Below are positions 8,849 through 19,900 of a stretch of DNA of 32,375 nucleotides, one piece after another. This stretch comes from a virus (Duplodnaviria > Caudoviricetes), in IMG/VR virus record IMGVR_UViG_3300021066_000062, positions 1 through 32,375 of that record; one strand, given 5' to 3'. The notes under the pieces are model-generated. The model was not told the DNA's origin. It made no database searches and was given only the letters and a program-made list of their open reading frames with translations. A program made the position numbers and the translations under genes. Each line of letters opens with the position of its first letter. Positions within the stretch are counted from its first letter, which is position 1.

Positions 8849-9331
8849 ATGCCGAGCATTGCCAACGCCCCAGGCTCCGATTCGCCCGTCACCTGGCTGG
8901 CGGACGGGAACAACACCACGTTCGCGCTCGGCTCGGTCCGCAACGACGGCGGCGTGCGCCGCTACGTGTGGGTCATCAACGAGAGCGGCGCCGACATCGC
9001 GGCCGGCGACTGGGTGACCCTCGACCTCGACGGGGCGACCCAGGGGACCAGCGGGTTCGCCGTCGAGCTCGCCGACAGCGACACGCGCCAGCACGCCATG
9101 GGCGTCGCGGACACCGCGATGGCGAACGGCAAGTGCGGGTGGGTTCAGGTCTCGGGGCCCCGCGCGAGCTGCAACGTCGCGGACGCCGTGGCGGCCGGCG
9201 ACCCGCTCAAGATGAGCTCCACGGCCGGCCGCGCGGACGCCGCAACGGTCGGGACCCACCACGTGATCGGGTGGGCGGTCATCGACGGGACGGCGGCCAA
9301 CACCTCCACCGTCTGGATCCAGTGCGGCTGA
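8849..9331 (+). CDS. Capsid cement/decoration protein (160 aa)
   Basis: After capsid gene; IAAGDWV...MGVA...GWVQVSG...VAAGDPL...GRA...VIGWA pattern of DUF2190-like cement proteins. Confidence 0.7.
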   Translation: MPSIANAPGSDSPVTWLADGNNTTFALGSVRNDGGVRRYVWVINESGADIAAGDWVTLDLDGATQGTSGFAVELADSDTRQHAMGVADTAMANGKCGWVQVSGPRASCNVADAVAAGDPLKMSSTAGRADAATVGTHHVIGWAVIDGTAANTSTVWIQCG

Positions 9332-9352
9332 TCTCCGCGGTGGGGAGGATCT

Positions 9353-10816
9353 GTGCCCCTGTGGAACCTCGCGACCCTCCGGACCCGCGTCGAGGAAGAG
9401 CTCCGCTACGCGCCTGACGCGGCGGCGTACCGAGACAACGTCTCCAGCCTCCTGAACGAGGCGCAGGCGGCGTTCCTGGGCCTCGGCAGCTGGCGCTTCA
9501 TGATGCGTGAGGCGCGCCTGTTCGTGCGCCCCAAGGTCGTGATCCCGGCCGCGGAGTGGTCCTGGGAGAACAACTACCTCTACTCGGTGCTCGTGCAGTC
9601 CGGGGCCGGCACCGAGTTCAACGACGTGGTGGGCACCGCGGCGCTCGCGTCCGACGACATCATGGCCTACTGGGGCCAGGGACTGTCGGGGGACAAGGGG
9701 TCGGGGGCGCTCTGGGGTCCGACGCGAGAGACGGGCGTGGAGTGGATGATCGAGGCGACGGAGAGCCTCGGGAGCTCCATCCGGTTCTTCCTCGATCCGA
9801 GGTACGCGCACACGGGCTCGGACAAGACCACGGTCAACGCCTCGACCCAGAACCTGACGATCCGCCCGTTCCGGCTGGCGCTGCCGCTCGACTTCGCGGA
9901 GATCATCGCGGTCACCGACCGGGGCCCAGATCTGAACGAGGACCGGCCGCTGGCTCGCGCGCCCGGCTGGCTCCCGCAATGGGACGCGGGCGCCAGCGGG
10001 CCGCCCGCGTACTGGGATCTGGTCGCCGACGGCGGCATCCAGAGCTCGGCGAGCTTGCTGCGTCCCGTGGGGCTCGACCGCGGCGGGGCCGACATGCCCT
10101 GCCCGCTCGCGCCGGTGGCGACGCCGACGGTGACGGCGACCGCGGGCGCGGGCCTGACCTCGGGGGTCAAGTACAGCTACTGCTACACCTGGGCCTACGG
10201 CGGCCAGGAGAGCGGGCCGTCCGAGGTCGTGAGCGTCACCCCAACGGGGGGCAACCTCCAGGTCACCCTTGGCAACCTCGAGACGAGCGATCAGTTCCGG
10301 TACCGGCAGCGGCTCGTCTACCGCCGCGAGGGCGAGGGGCCCTGGTACCTGCTGACCGTGATCAGCAGCCAGACCGACACGAGCTACGTCGACAGCGCCG
10401 GCACGCCCTCGCCGCTCGGCGCCGGCAAGGCGGCGCACCGCCGGCTCCGGCTCCTCCGCCACCGCTCGGCGCCCGTGTGGATGCGCGTCTACCCCTGGCC
10501 GGCGGACGCGCGCGAGCTGATGCTGACCTACTACGCGCAGGCCGCGGACATGGTGGCGCCGACGGATGTGCCCGAGATCCCCGAGGAGTACGCGCCCCTC
10601 CTCGCGCTGCACGCGGCGGCGGCCCAAGCCGAGCGCAACGGCAACGGCACGCTCGGCGTGCAGCTGAGGGAGCGGGCGGCGCCGCTGCTGTCCGCGTGCA
10701 TCAACCGGTACATGATCGCCGACCAGTCCACCAAGGTCCGGCAGAGCTTCCTCGCGGGCAATCAGCTCGGCGGGTTCTGGCCGACGTCGCAGGCCGTGCG
10801 CTGGACCAGCTCGTGA
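9353..10816 (+). CDS. Head-tail adaptor (P22 gp4/T7 gp11-like) with inserted beta domains
   Basis: N-terminal LATLRTRV...LLNEAQ...WRF and C-terminal VYPWP...LTYY...DVPEIPEEY adaptor motifs; position before nozzle. Confidence 0.75.
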   Translation: MPLWNLATLRTRVEEELRYAPDAAAYRDNVSSLLNEAQAAFLGLGSWRFMMREARLFVRPKVVIPAAEWSWENNYLYSVLVQSGAGTEFNDVVGTAALASDDIMAYWGQGLSGDKGSGALWGPTRETGVEWMIEATESLGSSIRFFLDPRYAHTGSDKTTVNASTQNLTIRPFRLALPLDFAEIIAVTDRGPDLNEDRPLARAPGWLPQWDAGASGPPAYWDLVADGGIQSSASLLRPVGLDRGGADMPCPLAPVATPTVTATAGAGLTSGVKYSYCYTWAYGGQESGPSEVVSVTPTGGNLQVTLGNLETSDQFRYRQRLVYRREGEGPWYLLTVISSQTDTSYVDSAGTPSPLGAGKAAHRRLRLLRHRSAPVWMRVYPWPADARELMLTYYAQAADMVAPTDVPEIPEEYAPLLALHAAAAQAERNGNGTLGVQLRERAAPLLSACINRYMIADQSTKVRQSFLAGNQLGGFWPTSQAVRWTSS

Positions 10817-12921
10817 AGCCGACGACCGCCCGCCCCGACCAGCCGGCGCTCGTCCGGTTCCGCGAGCTCGGCGGCCTCAACGAGGCGATCGACCTCGAGC
10901 CGGGCCAGGCCCATCGGGTCAAGGACATGTCCGCCCCGCCCGGGGGCGGATGGCGCAACTGTCGCGGCGCGTCGCGTGTCATCACGACGACGGCGCCGGT
11001 TCACCGGTTGCACTGGTTCACGCGGCACAACGGGCGAGTACGGTTCCTCCTGGTGGAGTACGGCACGGCGTCCGCTGGGATCACGCTCGGCTACGTGCAC
11101 TGGCCGTCGAGCTCGGTCGTCACCATCGAGAGCGGCCTCACCTTCGCCGACGTCCACCGGGCGCCGCCGAGCTACGTCAACGCGCGCGAATGGGTGTACC
11201 GGTTCGATGGGCTCAACGAGCCGTTCCGATGGAACGGGCGGCAGAAGCAGCCCGTGGGGTTCGACCGCCTCCCGGCGAGCCCGCACGTGTTCTCGGGGCT
11301 CAACACGGGCACCACGCTCACCCGCGCCGTGGACCACGGGGGCAGCTACGACAACGGGCTCGGGCGCTGGTACGCGACCGCGGGACTCAACGCCGAGTTC
11401 GCGGACTACGTGGCGCACCGAGGCGTGGGGCCCACGCCGACCTCTCTCGCCGTCCTCGGAAAGTGGAAGTACGGCTACGCGATCAGCTACGTCAACGACC
11501 TCGGCCAAGAGTCGCCTCTGTCGGCGGTGGCCTACGTGTCCGGGTCCGGGGTTCAGCTCAACGACCCCAACGGGGTCTACGCGCGGATCGCGGTGCGCGT
11601 CGAGGTGGACCGCCCGCTCCAGACCAGCGTGCGGAAGATCCGGGTCTACCGTACGCGGAACATCGTCGATCTTGCCGGCGCGCCCGACGCGCCGCTGTAC
11701 TACCTCGGGGACATGTACCCGAACCAGCGGGCGTTCTACGACGACAAGCCCGACAACGAGCTCGGGCCCGAGGCGGACCTCGACGGGACCGGCCTCCTTC
11801 CCTCCCGGGTCAAGTACGCGGCCTGGTTCAAGGGCCGGCTCTACCTCGCGGGCGCGCCCGACGGGCTCGTCCGCTACAGTCACCCGACGTTCCACGAGCA
11901 GTTCCCGGCGAACAACTGGCTGAACGTCGGCAACGCTGCGACGGGCGAAGACCGCGGGTTCTTCGTCAGCAAGGACGCCCTGTTCCTGTTCCGCGAGCGC
12001 GGGATCTACGTGATCCGCGACGAGCCGGGCCAGCTGCCGACGGTGCAGACGATCACGGAGACGGAGGGCTGCTCGTCTCCGGACGCCGTGATCGAAGTCC
12101 CGGGCGTCGGCATCCTCCTCTTGGGCCCGGACGGCCCGAAGATCTTGACCGGGTCGCTGCGGGACGACGAGCCGACCTCGCTGCAGTACATCGGCCACCA
12201 CATCAGCGAGAGCTGGAAGCGGGTCAACCGTGCCGCGCTGATGCGGGCGACGGCCTGCCTCTCCCGTCGCGAGCGGGAGGTGTGGATCCAGGTCCCTGCG
12301 GACGGCGACTGGCGGCCGTCGCTCGGCTTCGTGCTGCACTACGCGAGCGCGAGTTGGTCGCTGCGGGAGGACTGGCAGATCAGCCACATGGTCGAGTCGC
12401 CCGACGCGCACGGCGACGTGCTCGCGGGGTGCTGGAACACCGGCGCGAACTACCGGGGGATCTGGCACCTCACGCGCGCGAGCAACGCCAAGGTCGGGAC
12501 GGTCTCGCTCGATCCCCAGTACGCGCTCATCGGGGCAGCGTCGCCCGACGAGGCGGCCGGGAGGGTGCAAGATCTCTACGTGGTGCCGCGGCTCCACCTT
12601 GCCGGGTCGGGCCGATCGGTCACGGTCTCGCGCGTCGTCGAGCGCCGGCAGGAGACCGGCACGACGCAGCGGACCCTCACCACGGGGGCGCAGGAGCGCC
12701 CAGAGACGGCGCTCGCCGAGTGGGGGGTCGCCACCTGGTCGGCGTCCGAGGTGTGGCCGTGGCCAGAGATCTACCCGTTCCGCATCGACCTCCGCGGAGA
12801 TCTGTCGTGGGAGGTCGGCTACCGGATCTCCGGCAACAAGTTCTGGATGCAGGACATCTCCGTCGCCACCGTGCGACCCACCACGGGTGACGCCCACTGG
12901 CCGCTCGTCGGGGGGCGATGA
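10813..12921 (+). CDS. Tail nozzle/stabilisation protein (P22 gp10/T7 gp12-like, 702 aa)
   Basis: GTGA-coupled start; N-terminal GGLN motif and beta-propeller-like repeats (FKGRLYLAG, LFLFRERGIYVI, GCSSPDAV). Confidence 0.75.
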   Translation: MKPTTARPDQPALVRFRELGGLNEAIDLEPGQAHRVKDMSAPPGGGWRNCRGASRVITTTAPVHRLHWFTRHNGRVRFLLVEYGTASAGITLGYVHWPSSSVVTIESGLTFADVHRAPPSYVNAREWVYRFDGLNEPFRWNGRQKQPVGFDRLPASPHVFSGLNTGTTLTRAVDHGGSYDNGLGRWYATAGLNAEFADYVAHRGVGPTPTSLAVLGKWKYGYAISYVNDLGQESPLSAVAYVSGSGVQLNDPNGVYARIAVRVEVDRPLQTSVRKIRVYRTRNIVDLAGAPDAPLYYLGDMYPNQRAFYDDKPDNELGPEADLDGTGLLPSRVKYAAWFKGRLYLAGAPDGLVRYSHPTFHEQFPANNWLNVGNAATGEDRGFFVSKDALFLFRERGIYVIRDEPGQLPTVQTITETEGCSSPDAVIEVPGVGILLLGPDGPKILTGSLRDDEPTSLQYIGHHISESWKRVNRAALMRATACLSRREREVWIQVPADGDWRPSLGFVLHYASASWSLREDWQISHMVESPDAHGDVLAGCWNTGANYRGIWHLTRASNAKVGTVSLDPQYALIGAASPDEAAGRVQDLYVVPRLHLAGSGRSVTVSRVVERRQETGTTQRTLTTGAQERPETALAEWGVATWSASEVWPWPEIYPFRIDLRGDLSWEVGYRISGNKFWMQDISVATVRPTTGDAHWPLVGGR

Positions 12922-13442
12922 TGCGCGTGTTCACGGAGGCCGACCTCACGACGAACGACTGGCTCGACGCAGCCGACCTGCAGGGGGAGTGCAACCGCAT
13001 CCTCGGCGAGGTCAACGGCGGGCTCGACCTCGAGAACGTGGCAGACGCCGCCGCCGGCGGCAGGCAGTTCACCTTCAACCAGCCGCACCACGTCACGGCG
13101 ACGAACCGCGTCGCGGTCGGCGGAGCGGCCTCGTTCTGGACGCTCGTGCCCGACCTCGGGATCACGCGCTCCACCGGCGCGTGCACGCTGCTCGTCTACG
13201 CGACGGTCATCTGCCGGACGGTGGCGACGTCGCGGTCCTACCCCTTCATCGGCGTGTTCGTGGACGGGGTGCTGCACGCGACCTCGTCGGCCGGCGGGGA
13301 CGCGGACGCGAGCGACGTCACGATGAGCGTGGTCGGGCAGATCGCCGTCGGCGCCGGCAGCCACCGCATCGAGATCCGCATCAACCCCGGCGACGCCACC
13401 GTCGACACGCGGCAGATGCTCGTCGTCGAGGGGAAGCGCTGA
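12918..13442 (+). CDS. Short tail/fibre-like virion protein 1 (174 aa)
   Basis: Coupled start; N-terminal LDAADLQGECNRILGEVNGGLDLENV then a beta-rich domain. Confidence 0.6.
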   Translation: MMRVFTEADLTTNDWLDAADLQGECNRILGEVNGGLDLENVADAAAGGRQFTFNQPHHVTATNRVAVGGAASFWTLVPDLGITRSTGACTLLVYATVICRTVATSRSYPFIGVFVDGVLHATSSAGGDADASDVTMSVVGQIAVGAGSHRIEIRINPGDATVDTRQMLVVEGKR

Positions 13443-14035
13443 TGGGCAAGGTTGAAGCCGACGTCGTCGCCCGCTACGGCCGTAATCGGTCGGCGGCGAA
13501 CTGGAACAACTTCGCCGCGGCGCTCGTCGCGTCCACCTTCGGCCGCGACAACTTCGCGGAAGAGGGGCTCGTCCGCCGATGCTTCTCGACGAGTGCGTGC
13601 GTCGAGAAGGCGTTCACCCCGCTGCAGGCGAACGGCGGCACCCAGGTGCTGGCCGCCGGCGGGGTCTGGGCGACCATCAACCACGGCGTCGCCTACACCC
13701 AGGCGGTCACGATCCCGGCGAACGCTGCGCTCCTCTGCTGGCTCGATCTCTCGTTCGAGCGGCAGGGCGCGACGCTCGGCATCCCGATCGGCCTCACGGT
13801 CGAGACCCGTTGGACGGTGGGCGGCGTCGGTGTCACCGGCACGCTCTGCCGGGTCGGCAACGCGGGGACCGTCCCGGGCCACGACTTCGGGACCTGGCTT
13901 TACTATGAGAACACCACCGGCGCGAACCTCGCGATCACGGCGGCCGCCGAGATCCGAGAGTCGTCTGGCGCCGGCGGCACGGTGCGCATGGGCACCGACA
14001 CCCTCTTCGGGCGCTTCATCCGGCGGGTGACCTGA
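13442..14035 (+). CDS. Short tail/fibre-like virion protein 2 (197 aa)
   Basis: TGATG coupling at both ends; beta-rich C-terminal domain; C-terminal part of the 12599..14035 track ORF. Confidence 0.6.
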   Translation: MGKVEADVVARYGRNRSAANWNNFAAALVASTFGRDNFAEEGLVRRCFSTSACVEKAFTPLQANGGTQVLAAGGVWATINHGVAYTQAVTIPANAALLCWLDLSFERQGATLGIPIGLTVETRWTVGGVGVTGTLCRVGNAGTVPGHDFGTWLYYENTTGANLAITAAAEIRESSGAGGTVRMGTDTLFGRFIRRVT

Positions 14036-14766
14036 TGGCGTGGCCCGCACAAACCTACTCGCCCAGCAATGGCGGCGTGATCGAGCCGACCAGCCTGGAG
14101 ACCGACCTCAACGCCTGGCGCGGCTACGTCAACGGCGGGTTCGTGTTCGGCGACCTCGACGCGGCGGACCTACCTGGGAGCCAGGCGATCCTGAAACCGG
14201 ACGTGCTGCCGTACCCCACGAACGCGCAGATCGGCGAATTCCAGGAGTTCCACTGGCCCGAACGAGAGACTTGGACGGACGCCGAGTTCTCCCGCGACGG
14301 GAGCAGTGTAGAGGTCGCCGTCCGCCACACGGGCAACGCCACCCGGCGTTGGTCGTTCTTCCCGGAGCAGTGCTACCCGAACGGCACGGCCGAGCAGGGA
14401 ATTATCGATCCGACCTTCCCCCTCCCCTACCTCGGGCGGCGCATCACGCTCGAGGTCGCGGCGTTGCTCGAGGTGAGGGCGACGTTTGGGATCACCGTGC
14501 GCCACACCCTGGCGGCCGCCGGGCAGTACGGCGTGTTCCGCCTCTGCTACCAGGCGGTCACGACCGCGTCAGCCACGGTCGTGAGCGGGACCCTGCGGTT
14601 CATGCAGGTCGGGGTCACCAAGCCGTACACGCTCGCCACGCAGCTCGAGCTCGCCGCGGGGACCTACGACGTCTGGGTTGAGTGGTACCTCGGCAGCGAC
14701 AACCCTACAGGGATCAAGCAAGTTATCGTCCAGGAACCCACCCTCGCGATCGAAGTGTTCAAGTAG
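14035..14766 (+). CDS. Short tail/fibre-like virion protein 3 (243 aa)
   Basis: TGATG coupling; N-terminal LETDLNAWRGYVNGG resembles protein 1; beta-rich C-terminus (LAAGTYDVWVEW). Confidence 0.6.
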   Translation: MAWPAQTYSPSNGGVIEPTSLETDLNAWRGYVNGGFVFGDLDAADLPGSQAILKPDVLPYPTNAQIGEFQEFHWPERETWTDAEFSRDGSSVEVAVRHTGNATRRWSFFPEQCYPNGTAEQGIIDPTFPLPYLGRRITLEVAALLEVRATFGITVRHTLAAAGQYGVFRLCYQAVTTASATVVSGTLRFMQVGVTKPYTLATQLELAAGTYDVWVEWYLGSDNPTGIKQVIVQEPTLAIEVFK

Positions 14767-14774
14767 GAGAACCC

Positions 14775-15533
14775 ATGCCAGTCTGGATCCCCATCGCGAT
14801 GCTTGCTGCTGCCGCCGTCGCCGGCGGTGTCCAGGCCGGCATGGCCGCGAAGAAGAGCAAGTACGACAAGGAAATGGAGGCCCGCAAGGCCGAGCTTGCC
14901 CGCAAGGAGAAGTGGGGCGGTCTCGGGCTGACCGGCCGCGAGAAGGACGTCATGGAGCGCACCATGATGGCGCCGGTGCAGGCGAACATGACGCAGCTGC
15001 AGCAGCAGCAGGAGCGGCTCCTCTCGGCGACCGGCGGCACCAGCGGTGAGCAGATCGGCCAGGTCCGGCGCGACATCAGCCACGCGACCGCGCGGGCGAC
15101 CCAGTCCGCCGCCGACCTCATCGCGCAGGCCGACATCGCGAAGGCCGAGGCGCAGCGCGCGGAGATCTCCCAGCTCGGCGCCGCGCTCGAGGGGCGCCGC
15201 GTCGAGCGGCTCAACAACGCGTTCGGCGCCATCACCGACACGCTCGGCGCCGCCGGCAGCTACGCCGGGCAGCTCTCCGACCAGGGCACCGCGAGCTCGG
15301 CGCGGATGCCGACGGAGTCGGTCCCGGGCCAGGTCGGGAGCCTGCAGGTCGAGGGCTCGGGGGAGGCGTCCGCCTACATCCAGGAGTGGGTCGACACCGG
15401 CAAGTACGACGCCGCGCTGGCCGGCCGGCTCGGCTCCACGCCCGAGGAGCGGGCCGCGAATCAGGCGTGGCTCATGGGATGGCTCGCGCAGCTCGAGGCG
15501 CAGAACACCGCGCATAGCGGAGGGACCTACTGA
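14775..15533 (+). CDS. Small ejection/internal virion protein (252 aa)
   Basis: AGGAG RBS; hydrophobic Ala/Gly N-terminus followed by Gln/Ala-rich coiled-coil, like P22 gp7-type pilot proteins. Confidence 0.65.
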   Translation: MPVWIPIAMLAAAAVAGGVQAGMAAKKSKYDKEMEARKAELARKEKWGGLGLTGREKDVMERTMMAPVQANMTQLQQQQERLLSATGGTSGEQIGQVRRDISHATARATQSAADLIAQADIAKAEAQRAEISQLGAALEGRRVERLNNAFGAITDTLGAAGSYAGQLSDQGTASSARMPTESVPGQVGSLQVEGSGEASAYIQEWVDTGKYDAALAGRLGSTPEERAANQAWLMGWLAQLEAQNTAHSGGTY

Positions 15534-16906
15534 TGCCCGCACCGCAACAAGTCGGCGCCGCGCGAACCGAGGCGCACCTTCCCGTGTACTACGTCCCCCC
15601 GCCGGGCGGAGTGCCGAACGCGGCCGCCGCGTTCCTGCACCCGTTCTTCGGGGTCCTCTCCGCGCACGCCGAGGACCTCCGCCGCCGGCGGCTCGACGCG
15701 ATGGACCCGAGCGCGCGGGCGATGGCCCAGGCGAAGCTCGCCGAGGCCGAGGCCCAGGTGGCGGACGCCTACGGGCGGCTCGCCGAGCAGCGGGTCAAGC
15801 TCGCGGAGAGCTCCGACCAGGTGCTCAAGACGGTCATCGAGACCGCGGGCGAGCAGGCCGACAGCCTGCGCGACTACCACGCCCAGCTCGGCAGCTCCTA
15901 CTACGGCGCGTCCGCCACCATCCAGGCGGCCGAGGCCGGCCTGGAAAGGGAGCACATCAAGAACTCGAGCCTCGTGGCCCAGTTCCCGAGCCCGGCGGAT
16001 CAGACCGCGATCTTGGACAAGGCGAAAGACATCGGCGAGCAAGCTCGCTTGATCGCCAAGAAGATCCGCCAGGGCGCCACGGAAAAGGAGATCACGGGCG
16101 AAGTAGATCTGATTGCAAGCCGGAACCGGGCACTCCAGGGCATGGCGGGCAGTGATCCCGGGAAGCAGGGCGCCATCCGCGAGGTCATCGACGCTTACAT
16201 GTTGAGCGCCAACGCTGCGCTCCTTGCGGACCCGAGCGATGCCGACGCCGCCGTCCTGCGGGCAGCGCTCACCGCGGCCGAGGTGGCGGCCACGAGCGGG
16301 TTCCAGCAGATCACCATGCAGCCCGGGCAATACGGCGTAAGCAAGCCCAAGCTTGCAGATCCCGCGTCGTTCCAGGGCGAGTTCAACCAGGTGCTCGGCT
16401 CTGCGCAGCAGGGCGCGGCGGCGCTCGGCGCGGGCGGCGGCTCGACGGAGGTCGCGGTCGGCACGCGCGGACCCGCGCAGCTGCTCGCCAACCCCGAGCG
16501 GGCGGCGACGCTGGCGGCGCTCGACCGGGCGGAGCGCGAGCTGCTCGCTCGCCAGGACGCACTCGCGCGCGCGCGGATGCAGACGCTGCGCCTGTTCGAC
16601 AACCCGTATGGCGCCCCCGGTGAGCCCGCCCCCTGGGTCGCCCGTCCGAACCGCGACGTGGTCCGCTCGGTCAAGGCGGTGGGCTCCGCGATCGGCCGCC
16701 CGCCGCCCCCGCCTCGTCCGCCCGGCGCGCCCCCGCTGACTCGGGCGGGCAACGCGGGGGTGTCCCGGGCCGCCGCGCTCGTCGCCGAGCCGACCCTCGC
16801 CGCCGCCCCGCCGGGGGTCCCCGTCCGCAATGGCTACGCGCTCGTGCCCGAGGAGACGGCGGCAGCGCTGCTCGGTCGCGGCCCGCCGCCCGAGCCGCCC
16901 CGATGA
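15533..16906 (+). CDS. Middle ejection/internal virion protein (457 aa)
   Basis: TGATG coupling; Ala-rich helical with Pro-rich tail; lies between small and large ejection genes. Confidence 0.6.
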   Translation: MPAPQQVGAARTEAHLPVYYVPPPGGVPNAAAAFLHPFFGVLSAHAEDLRRRRLDAMDPSARAMAQAKLAEAEAQVADAYGRLAEQRVKLAESSDQVLKTVIETAGEQADSLRDYHAQLGSSYYGASATIQAAEAGLEREHIKNSSLVAQFPSPADQTAILDKAKDIGEQARLIAKKIRQGATEKEITGEVDLIASRNRALQGMAGSDPGKQGAIREVIDAYMLSANAALLADPSDADAAVLRAALTAAEVAATSGFQQITMQPGQYGVSKPKLADPASFQGEFNQVLGSAQQGAAALGAGGGSTEVAVGTRGPAQLLANPERAATLAALDRAERELLARQDALARARMQTLRLFDNPYGAPGEPAPWVARPNRDVVRSVKAVGSAIGRPPPPPRPPGAPPLTRAGNAGVSRAAALVAEPTLAAAPPGVPVRNGYALVPEETAAALLGRGPPPEPPR

Positions 16907-19900
16907 CCCCCGACGAGGCGCGCGCCGCCCCAATGACCCCTGACGAGGCATGGGCCGCCCTTCGCGCCGGGAAGATCGACGCGGCCACCTTCTTCGCCGC
17001 GGCCTACCCGAACGGCCTCCGGGGGGACAGCGCACCGATCATTCCGAAGCCGGAGGAGGTGGCGCTCAAGGCGAGCACCCCGAACGCCATCGGCGCGCCT
17101 AAGCCCACCCAGGCTACGCCGGCCGAGCGCGCGGACTGGTGGGTTCGCGAGGAGCCGAAGCGTCGCGAGGTGGCGCTCACCGATGCCATCGCCGAGCGGA
17201 TCTTGCTCGAGCCGACCGCGGCCGGGCAAGAGGAGCAGAAGCAGCGCCTCGGGCGCATCGAGCGGTCTGGCGCCCCGGCAGGTCTCCGCGAGGCGGTCGG
17301 CCGGGTGATGGAGCGCCAGACGATGGGCGGGATGGCAGCCGAGGCGCAGCTCTCCAAGACCGGGGCAGCGGCGAAGCCCACCTTCGCCGAGGTCGCGGCG
17401 CCCGTCGCGCATCAGGCCCCCATCGCCGCGAGCCTGGTCGGCGTCCCGCCGCAAGCGGAGAAGGCCGGCTGGTCGCTGACCGGCCTCGCCGATGCCGCGA
17501 CCGCGAAGCTCGGGGGCGCGGTCGAGCTCGGCCGCAAGGCCCTTGTCGCGGCCGATGCGACGGGTGGCCGTGGCCCCGCCGACGTGACGCGCGTGTTCGA
17601 TAACCTCGCGCGCAATCATCCGACCCTGCTCGCGGCGCTGCAGACGGCGGCGCCGGCGCTGGCGGTCATCGAGGACCTCAACCGTGTGGCTGCCACCGCA
17701 GCCGCCGAGAAGGAGCCAGGGCGAACCCTTCACGGGACGGCGCCGCTCGAATCGGCGACAGGGGCTGCGCTCCGGCGCCTCACCACGCCGGGCAGCCTTG
17801 TGGCCGAGGCTGGCTGGAGCGGAGCCGAGCAGATGCCGCTGACCGAGCTCAAGGTCGGCGGGAAGTCCGTCTACCTCCCCGGCATGTGGGGCGCGGGCGT
17901 CCGGGCCGGGAGCGCTGCGCTCGACGCGGCGGGGCTCAAGACCCCGTGGGACGGGCTCGTCTCCGTCGGGCCGACGACGGGCCTCGCGGCCCCCGACCTC
18001 GCCGCCGCCCGCGGCGTGGACGACTGGGCGCAGGCGAACCAGGCGTCGGGGCTCGAGCGCGTGCTGTACCGCGGGCTCGAGCGCGCGGCCGAGGGCAGGC
18101 TCTTCGGCGGGCGCGGCGGCGACTTCGACGTGGTGTTCAAGCGCAACCTCGTCGGTCACCCGGCGCTCGCGGCGATGGGCATCAACATCGACGAGAAGAC
18201 CGCGAGCGAGCTGGCCATGCTGATGCTCGCCGTGGACCTCGTCGCGGGCGGCGAGGAGCTCGTGCCGACCGCCGCCGTGCAGGGCGCGCGCCTGGCTGGC
18301 AGTGCAGGCAAGCTCACCCAGGCCGGGCTCGCGACAGGCAAGCTCGAGGCCCTCCGCCGCGCGGCCGCGATGCCGCTCGACGTCGGGGCGCAGGTCGCCG
18401 ACGACTGGCTCGCCGTGGCCCAGGCGGGCGGCACGGGCGCCGCGCTGAAGCGCTTCCCCTCCGAGGCGATCGAGGCGATGGACATGCGCGCGCGGGAGCT
18501 CGGGACCGACCTCGCGACCCTGCGCGCGGCAGCCGACGCCGAGCTCGCCGGCACCCCGTCGGTCGCCAGCACGAACAACCCGGCCGTCAACGCGGTGCTC
18601 GGCCCGCCGCCGGGCGGCGGTGCCGCCGCGCCCCCGGTTGCGCCGGCGGCGCCGCTCAAGGACGCCACGCAGCGGCTGACCCAGGCGTTGTGGCGCGCCG
18701 TCCGCGGACGTCCCCAGCCGGCGCCCCCTCCGGGTCCGGCTACGGCGCAGCTGCACCAGCTCGTCGACGACTACGCGCGCACGGCGGCGCGGTCGGCGTT
18801 CGGCGGCGAAGAGCTCGTGAACTACCACGGGATCTGGGTCACCCCGGCCGAGCGCAAGATCGGGCAGCAACGGCTCGCCGCGCTGCTCGGGAAGGGGCGC
18901 CCGGCCGAGATCCGATCGGCGGCCAAGAAGGTCGGCTACACCGAGCCGCTCCAGACGGCGGCCGAGCTCGACACCTTCCGGGACTGGCTCGCGTACCGGG
19001 AGCTCGGCGGGCTCCGCCAGAACGGGGTAACGGTCGCCAAGCACCCTGGCTTCTTCGACAACTTGGCCGCGGGTTTCGCCCAGGCCGGCGGCGGCAAGAC
19101 TCAGCGCGCGCTCGGCCTCGCGCCCCACCGGCTCGCAATGCCCGACCGCGCAGCGTTCGACGAGATCTCCGCGTCGGTCCGCACCGCGATCCCCCGGCTC
19201 ACCGCCAAGATCGCCGCCTATCGGGAGGCCGGGCTGTCCGGCGCGCAGGCGTACGCCGCCGCCGCGCTCGGAGGCCGGGCGCTGTCGCCGGCGGACATCC
19301 GGGCCGCGATCGCAGATCCGGCGAAGCGCGCGGCGGAGTACCACGCCGCCGTCGAGCTGGGGCGCGCGGCCGCCTGGGCCTGGGTCCCCAGCGGGCACGT
19401 CACGCTCTCGGCCGAGGACTACGCCGAGATCGCCGCCACGCTGGTGGAGCACGGCCCGCGCCACCCCTCGATCGCGGACACGGTGTTCCGCGCCGGCGGC
19501 GGCAAGTGGTCGAGCGACGACGCGGTCGGGTTCGCGCGCCTGGCCGTGCGCCTCGGCGAGGACCTCGCGGAGCGGGAGGCGGTCGAGCAGCTCGTGGCCA
19601 AGCGGTTCGCGAGCCAGGCGCCGGGCGTGCGGCTGGCGCTGCAGCACATCGTCAGCGGCTACGTGCCGCCCCCCAACGCCAACGGGATCCGCGTCTTCCC
19701 CGGCGTGAGCGAGGCCGACGCGGTGACGGCGTGGGACATCGCGCGGCGCACGGACCTGCGCCCGGGCGACGCCCTCGCGTCCGACCTGGCCGCGCCCGCG
19801 TGGTTGCGCGAGGTGGTCGCCGACCAGCTCGGGCAGTCGGCGCGGCGGCTCATCCCCGAGGTGAACGCCGCCCCGCTCGGGCCCCTGGGTCGCGTGCTCG

